The notes below the pieces were generated by a model. That model saw nothing but the letters and a program-made list of their open reading frames with translations, ran no database searches and was not told where the DNA came from. DNA of 64,000 nucleotides from an uncultured Gammaproteobacteria bacterium (GTDB taxonomy: Bacteria > Patescibacteriota > Microgenomatia > UBA8517): the NCBI GenBank assembly GCA_964599625.1, contig CAZRGC010000002.1, positions 135,883 to 199,882 on the forward strand. The letters are read 5' to 3'. The translations under genes and the position numbers were made by a program. This document shows positions 59,164 to 64,000 of the stretch, in pieces; within the stretch, counting starts at the first letter, position 1, and every line of letters begins with the position of its first letter.

Positions 59164-59832
59164 ATGGTACTTGAGAAAAACCCCAAAACCAGGCACCTGG
59201 TCAAAAAGATATTAGAGGCTGAGGATCACATCAAAGGCAAGCCTTTTCCCTCCATGCGGAGAGTGAGGCAAGTGTCCAAATCAACCTGTGGCCCGGCAAC
59301 TCTGGAAATGCTATTTTCTTTTGTTGGTGCTAGAGTTAGTCAACGAAATTTGATCAAACTTGGCAATTTATCCCGAAAAATAGACCTTTATGGTTTAAAC
59401 ATAAACGATATGGCCAAAGCCGCGAACGCCTTTGGTAAGAAAAATTTCTCCTTTTGGCGCAAACAAAACTCTACAATGTCCGACCTGGATAGGGTGATTA
59501 ACAAATACCATTTTCCTGTTGGGGTGGAATGGCAGGGTGTCTTTTACGAGAACGAGGATGAGGATTCGGGACACTATGGAGTTGTCACCAAGGTGGACAA
59601 AAAGCGTGATTCGATGAGAATAGCAGACCCATTCTTTAATGGCTACTTTGACTTCAAAGGAACCGACAGAAAGTTCAAGCTTAGCGAATTCAAAAAGAGA
59701 TGGTGGGATGTAAACGAAATCAAAGTTACAGGCAGCAAAAAAACCAGAACAATTAAAGACGTTAGGGTTATGTTTATTATTACTCCAAAGGGCGACGTCT
59801 GGCCTGAGAGCCTGGGGATGGTTAAGATTTAG
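59164..59832 (+). CDS. C39-like cysteine peptidase
   Basis: Q...TCGPA, GHYGVV, IADP. Confidence 0.85.
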   Translation: MVLEKNPKTRHLVKKILEAEDHIKGKPFPSMRRVRQVSKSTCGPATLEMLFSFVGARVSQRNLIKLGNLSRKIDLYGLNINDMAKAANAFGKKNFSFWRKQNSTMSDLDRVINKYHFPVGVEWQGVFYENEDEDSGHYGVVTKVDKKRDSMRIADPFFNGYFDFKGTDRKFKLSEFKKRWWDVNEIKVTGSKKTRTIKDVRVMFIITPKGDVWPESLGMVKI

Positions 59833-60754
59833 TTTTGTCTATTATCCAACTTCCGAATTTTCTTCCTTTGGCATTTTCTTTATAAAGAATTAAAAATGCA
59901 TTTATGTTCCAATCCCACAGTTTCCTAATTGCGGAGCCTCCCCCGAAGTTTACCAATGCAGGGCAACCAAAGGCTTCGTGATTATCTCTGGGCATGAGCG
60001 GCCTTTTGAGCTCTTTTTGGTCAGAAGCTTCTTTTACCCCAGGTTTGAAAACAAGCGCAAGCCCGTTATTTCTTTTTTCAAAAGTGTGATCTTTGGGGTC
60101 GGATCCCATTTCAAAAATATGTCTGTGATCAGAGGCTCTGGAAGCAATGTATGGCCAGGAATTTTCAGCAATAGTTTTAAACTCTTCGACTGTTAACTCT
60201 TTTCCGGGGAATTCCCGTTCGTAGATCTCGATTATATTTTCGAGTGTCCAGTTTAGTACATAAGTGGCAGTATTAAGGCCTGCATAAATGTTGATAATAG
60301 CGTCGGTGGAGGAAGCTAGGTTGTTTTGTGCAAAGTTGTAGAGATCGACATATCTTTTGTAAACCAAAACAATCGGATCTTTTGAACCTGATTTGGCTTT
60401 ATTGCCAAGGTCTTCCCACAACATGCTTTGAGATATGGAAAGTGAGTCTTTCATTGCCCGCCTCAGTTCTTGCGTATCTTCGAGATTCTCAACGGGGGTG
60501 CCTTTATGGCCAATCAAACCATAGGGAGGGTTTTTGCCGATACTTTCGACTGCCAAGTTTACAACCTGGTCAGCCAAAACTGCGCTAAGCTGGTAGCCTT
60601 CCTCAACATGCTTTTCCCAATAAGCTTCGGCTTCTTGGTCTGTGAATTTGGAACCCGCCTTTTTACCCTTTTCTTTTTGAGGGCCGTTTCCTGCAATACT
60701 GCGTGCGCCGGGGGAGATATTGTGACGGGTGAAAATAAGTTTTTCTTTATCCAT
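59822..60754 (-). CDS. hypothetical protein (C-terminal GCPA motif)
   Basis: 310-aa ORF. Confidence 0.72.
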   Translation of the reverse strand: MDKEKLIFTRHNISPGARSIAGNGPQKEKGKKAGSKFTDQEAEAYWEKHVEEGYQLSAVLADQVVNLAVESIGKNPPYGLIGHKGTPVENLEDTQELRRAMKDSLSISQSMLWEDLGNKAKSGSKDPIVLVYKRYVDLYNFAQNNLASSTDAIINIYAGLNTATYVLNWTLENIIEIYEREFPGKELTVEEFKTIAENSWPYIASRASDHRHIFEMGSDPKDHTFEKRNNGLALVFKPGVKEASDQKELKRPLMPRDNHEAFGCPALVNFGGGSAIRKLWDWNINAFLILYKENAKGRKFGSWIIDKTKS

Positions 60755-60876
60755 CCGCGGAGTTTATCAAAAAGTGGTCACAAACACAAACTATAAGATA
60801 ATTTTTTAATCAAAAAAATCGGAGTGTGAAATTTTATTATTTTCCACACCCCGATGTGATAGTTTTCCGATTTACC

Positions 60877-61404
60877 TCATCTATCGATTACTGTTGCGCG
60901 TATTGTGCTTTTATTGCAGTCGTCTTGGTCGAAAACCGCATCTATTCGGACGATAACAGAGTCAAAGGTATGAGTAACGCTTTGTTTGGACGACATTCCG
61001 CCAAATGGGACTCTGTCAACTTCGATTATTCTTCCGCGGACCACATATACAATGTTTGCGAGCCAATAATGTCTCGTTTCATAACTGCAAAAGTCCGGGT
61101 GCACCAGAGCAACACCCCAGCCGTAGTTGGGAGTTGTAAAAGAGTTGGTATCGGTAAGAAGGGCGCGATCGGTGTTTGTATGGGATTCAAGAATCAAACC
61201 CGTAGCGTTTTGCTGTTTTGCGGTAAGACTTAATAAAAGTGCATCGTTCAAGTTTTTGGGAACCGCATTTGATTGTTCGGGTACCACTACTGTTTCCGTT
61301 TCGGCGTTTGCAATGCCGATGGGGTTAACGAATAGCGTAAGTGTAACAATCGCAGCAAAAAAGACGGCTCGAAGGTGTTGCAAAAGTGTTGCAACCTTGT
61401 TCAT
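60877..61404 (-). CDS. secreted hypothetical protein
   Basis: AAGGAG SD, signal peptide ending ANA. Confidence 0.72.
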   Translation of the reverse strand: MNKVATLLQHLRAVFFAAIVTLTLFVNPIGIANAETETVVVPEQSNAVPKNLNDALLLSLTAKQQNATGLILESHTNTDRALLTDTNSFTTPNYGWGVALVHPDFCSYETRHYWLANIVYVVRGRIIEVDRVPFGGMSSKQSVTHTFDSVIVRIDAVFDQDDCNKSTIRATVIDR

Positions 61405-61550
61405 ATTCTTCTCCTTCTGGAGAAAGCCTCTCCTCTTTGTTTTTTTAGCCTAAAAAGTACTATATAGACAGACTAAAAAGTATATGCGAGTTTAAGTGTT
61501 GTGCGCAATAATTAATTGACAACCTATAGCCATGGTGATACCATTCCGGC

Positions 61551-62087
61551 ATGGAAAGAGATGCTTGGTTGGAGAAGTATTCGCAAGGCGCCAAACTCAA
61601 CTATGAGGCGGCTTTGGAATTTGGCAAAAGATGGGCAGATAGGATTGAAGCTGCTAACTCCATTTTAGAAAAAAAGATCCCTCACATGGCCAAAACCCTC
61701 AAAGACGAGAACTTCGAGGTTCAGCATGTCAAGACTACCGGTAGACCGGGTAATATTTCTGAATTTGCAGCGGTGGTAATTATTGGTAAAGGCGCCCAAA
61801 GGGAAATTTATGGGGTGCATTATTCCGATGAAGCTTATGCATCAATTGGTGTCAAAAAGGGTTTTACGGTCAGGGTTTGTCTGAAACCTTCGGAATATAC
61901 AAATGTAATAAGTTTTGCAGGTAAACCCGACATGTGGCAGGAGATGGGGAGTAGAACTCATAAATTTATGGAAGCGGTTGGATTGGTGCTTGATAACAGA
62001 CTCCCGATGCTTACAGAAGAACCGCACAGTGTAGACTTTAATCAAGTGATGGCCGTTTTGGAAGGCCAGGTTGGAAAACTTCCTTAG
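61551..62087 (+). CDS. hypothetical protein
   Basis: TTGACA-17-TACCAT ending 5 nt before the ATG. Confidence 0.72.
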   Translation: MERDAWLEKYSQGAKLNYEAALEFGKRWADRIEAANSILEKKIPHMAKTLKDENFEVQHVKTTGRPGNISEFAAVVIIGKGAQREIYGVHYSDEAYASIGVKKGFTVRVCLKPSEYTNVISFAGKPDMWQEMGSRTHKFMEAVGLVLDNRLPMLTEEPHSVDFNQVMAVLEGQVGKLP

Positions 62088-62090
62088 AAT

Positions 62091-62504
62091 TCAAAATTCT
62101 TTTTCAAACTTGTATTTCCCACCAAAGGGCTTGTTGTTAATTTGGTCGTGAGCCTCAATTAATTTTCCGATTTCTTCTTCTGTTCCTGTAAAAAGAATAT
62201 GTTCGTAGGGTTCCCTGATGTGGTCAAAAGCGGCATATCCGCCATCTATTATTACGGCCGGCATTACATGGACGGGTGGTTTGTGTGCCCTGAAAAAACC
62301 ATCGGCATCCTTTTCTCTTAGTGCTGCCGCGGTAAATTCTACACACCCTTGCTCTGTTCTTCGGTACTCGTAAGCACGTTTCAAAAGATCGTCAGTTATG
62401 GGTAGTTTTCCAACAGCAAGTATGGTCTCCTGTTTGTATTCGTGAACTTTTGCTCCGTCCAACTTGAGGAGCGCTTCTTTTTCCGATGTTATTCTTTCGG
62501 TCAT
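62091..62504 (-). CDS. hypothetical protein
   Basis: TATAAT just before MTERIT. Confidence 0.65.
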   Translation of the reverse strand: MTERITSEKEALLKLDGAKVHEYKQETILAVGKLPITDDLLKRAYEYRRTEQGCVEFTAAALREKDADGFFRAHKPPVHVMPAVIIDGGYAAFDHIREPYEHILFTGTEEEIGKLIEAHDQINNKPFGGKYKFEKEF

Positions 62505-62550
62505 GGGTAGATTATACAACTTGGCTTGCAGGCCAGTGTATAATCCCGCT

Positions 62551-63060
62551 ATGGATTCCAAAAAGGAATGGGCAATAAAGGCGCTTCAGGAAGATAACTT
62601 CGGTTTTTTGGATAGAGACTATGTGGAAGCTTTGGCTAACGAAACATTGCCAAAGTATTACCACGACATATTTGGATTCTTTAGACTTCATTCGGACGAT
62701 CTTCCCAAAAAAGGTTTGGTTGGGGAGTGGCACCCTCACTATCCGCTTATGAAATGTCGAGGGAATGTGATTATTGGAATTTCTTTGAGCTTGAGGGGTG
62801 CGGTTACTGACGGTGTTTTTACAGAACCCGACGATTTATCTGTGGTGGAATACTTCAGGAATTACAATTGGACTTTTCAGACAGGTGCAAAGGGTGAAGT
62901 GTGGACTTCCAGGTATGAAATTGAGTTTATAAATACCACACTGGATTTTGCGATGAGTAGAATTAGAGAAAGGTATGGTGTGAAACACGATCAGGAATCA
63001 GTTCAAAAAAAGTTTTTTGACGAGCTTAAAAGGAGAAGGGAAAGCTATCCAAAAACTTAA
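62551..63060 (+). CDS. hypothetical protein
   Basis: TATAAT 6 nt before the ATG. Confidence 0.68.
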   Translation: MDSKKEWAIKALQEDNFGFLDRDYVEALANETLPKYYHDIFGFFRLHSDDLPKKGLVGEWHPHYPLMKCRGNVIIGISLSLRGAVTDGVFTEPDDLSVVEYFRNYNWTFQTGAKGEVWTSRYEIEFINTTLDFAMSRIRERYGVKHDQESVQKKFFDELKRRRESYPKT

Positions 63061-63539
63061 CGCCTTCTTCGGCTTCTGTGTCCGCCCAGACCCGGTATAA
63101 CAGATCTGGATCTTCTGGAGTCACGTTTTTTTCTGCTTTCCATTCGCGCTCCGTTGGCCTTTGCAAAAATGGCAGCCTCCTGTGGTTCGTATTTTCTGTG
63201 TCTGCAAGTTGGGTTTCCCGCATAAGTTTTCAGAAATTCCAAATGCATTTCGTTAGCGGTACTTCTGGCTTTCCTTTTTAAATCAGAATAATCATCCGGA
63301 GATATATCAAAATGCTCTGCATAACCTCTATCTATTTTTGACTGCACACTTGGTAGATAAAGATCGTCGGTTGGGCAATAAAGTGGATTGTTTTTTACCT
63401 TTTCAATAGTTTCACTTTCGAGGTAAGCGTTGGCTTTGTCTAGTTTGGTCTGGTATATTCTGGCACGGCCTTCCGCGGTCCAACCCATTTGGTCGGCAAA
63501 TTCCTTGATTGCTTCTAGTGGTCTAAATCTTTCCGGCAT
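63057..63539 (-). CDS. hypothetical protein
   Basis: ORF from MPERFR. Confidence 0.6.
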   Translation of the reverse strand: MPERFRPLEAIKEFADQMGWTAEGRARIYQTKLDKANAYLESETIEKVKNNPLYCPTDDLYLPSVQSKIDRGYAEHFDISPDDYSDLKRKARSTANEMHLEFLKTYAGNPTCRHRKYEPQEAAIFAKANGARMESRKKRDSRRSRSVIPGLGGHRSRRRR

Positions 63540-63596
63540 AGCGGTATTTGTAATCTTTAATTGGAAAAATGTCAATGTTTGGCAAACTTAGCTTAT

Positions 63597-63938
63597 TTAT
63601 TTGAAGTACTCTAAAGATAGTTTTTCAAATTTTTCATCCAGACTTTTTAGTTGTTTGTGGATATTTTGTAGGGTTTGCTTAAGCTCGGGTTTAAGTCTGA
63701 AGTCTATTACATTGCTTATTTCAGCATACTGTTGCAACAGTAAATGTCTTCTGTTTTCGATTCCGTTTCTAATAAATTGGAATTGAATATGTTTACTCAA
63801 AGTCAGCCATTCCGGAAAAGTAGATAAATAGCTTGGGTCATATTCGCCCATGTCCACAGCTTTCTGAAGAGTCATGGTTGGAGAGGGTTTACCGGGTTTT
63901 GATCCTTTTATGTTCTCGCCAAATTCATCCTGGTCCAT
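63597..63938 (-). CDS. hypothetical protein
   Basis: 113-aa ORF. Confidence 0.68.
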   Translation of the reverse strand: MDQDEFGENIKGSKPGKPSPTMTLQKAVDMGEYDPSYLSTFPEWLTLSKHIQFQFIRNGIENRRHLLLQQYAEISNVIDFRLKPELKQTLQNIHKQLKSLDEKFEKLSLEYFK

Positions 63939-64000
63939 TTGAGAAATTATATCACCAAGAGATTTTATGGAACGAAAGCTTAAGCATTAATCGGGGATTT

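Overview
Compact, gene-dense bacterial chromosome segment. It is probably Patescibacteria/CPR, Microgenomates-like. This is an inference from the many apparently leaderless genes, the CCTGCCTGCCGGCAGGCAGG and CTTCGACAAGCTC type repeats, the cohesin/PEGA surface proteins and the 7TM/ATP-grasp cluster. Core genes are ndk, mreB, uppS, gmd, rnhB, rpsU, secE-nusG, rplK-rplA and rplJ-rplL, plus tRNA-Pro(CGG) and tRNA-Arg(CCT). Main points of interest: (1) A ~4.3 kb element integrated at the tRNA-Pro 3' end, whose large serine recombinase ORF runs through its own att core; the far att site carries a 20-bp palindrome insertion. (2) A tandem array of four paralogous small genes (52.6-54.9 kb) with an unrecognised W-x2-CxCG-x3-C-x-RP domain and variable acidic tails. 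Each has an SD and a 3' hairpin with a variable stem but a conserved TTCAAA loop, and three share a promoter motif; the same signals recur at other accessory genes. (3) Two short 33-35 bp-period hairpin arrays with GAA triloops, one showing stem covariation. (4) An exact 70-bp direct repeat, a stand-alone RelA/SpoT synthetase-like gene, tandem divergent kinase-like genes, two ATP-grasp/peptidase clusters, and two surface-protein/O-antigen-ligase divergent pairs. All calls come from reading motifs by eye; no searches were run.
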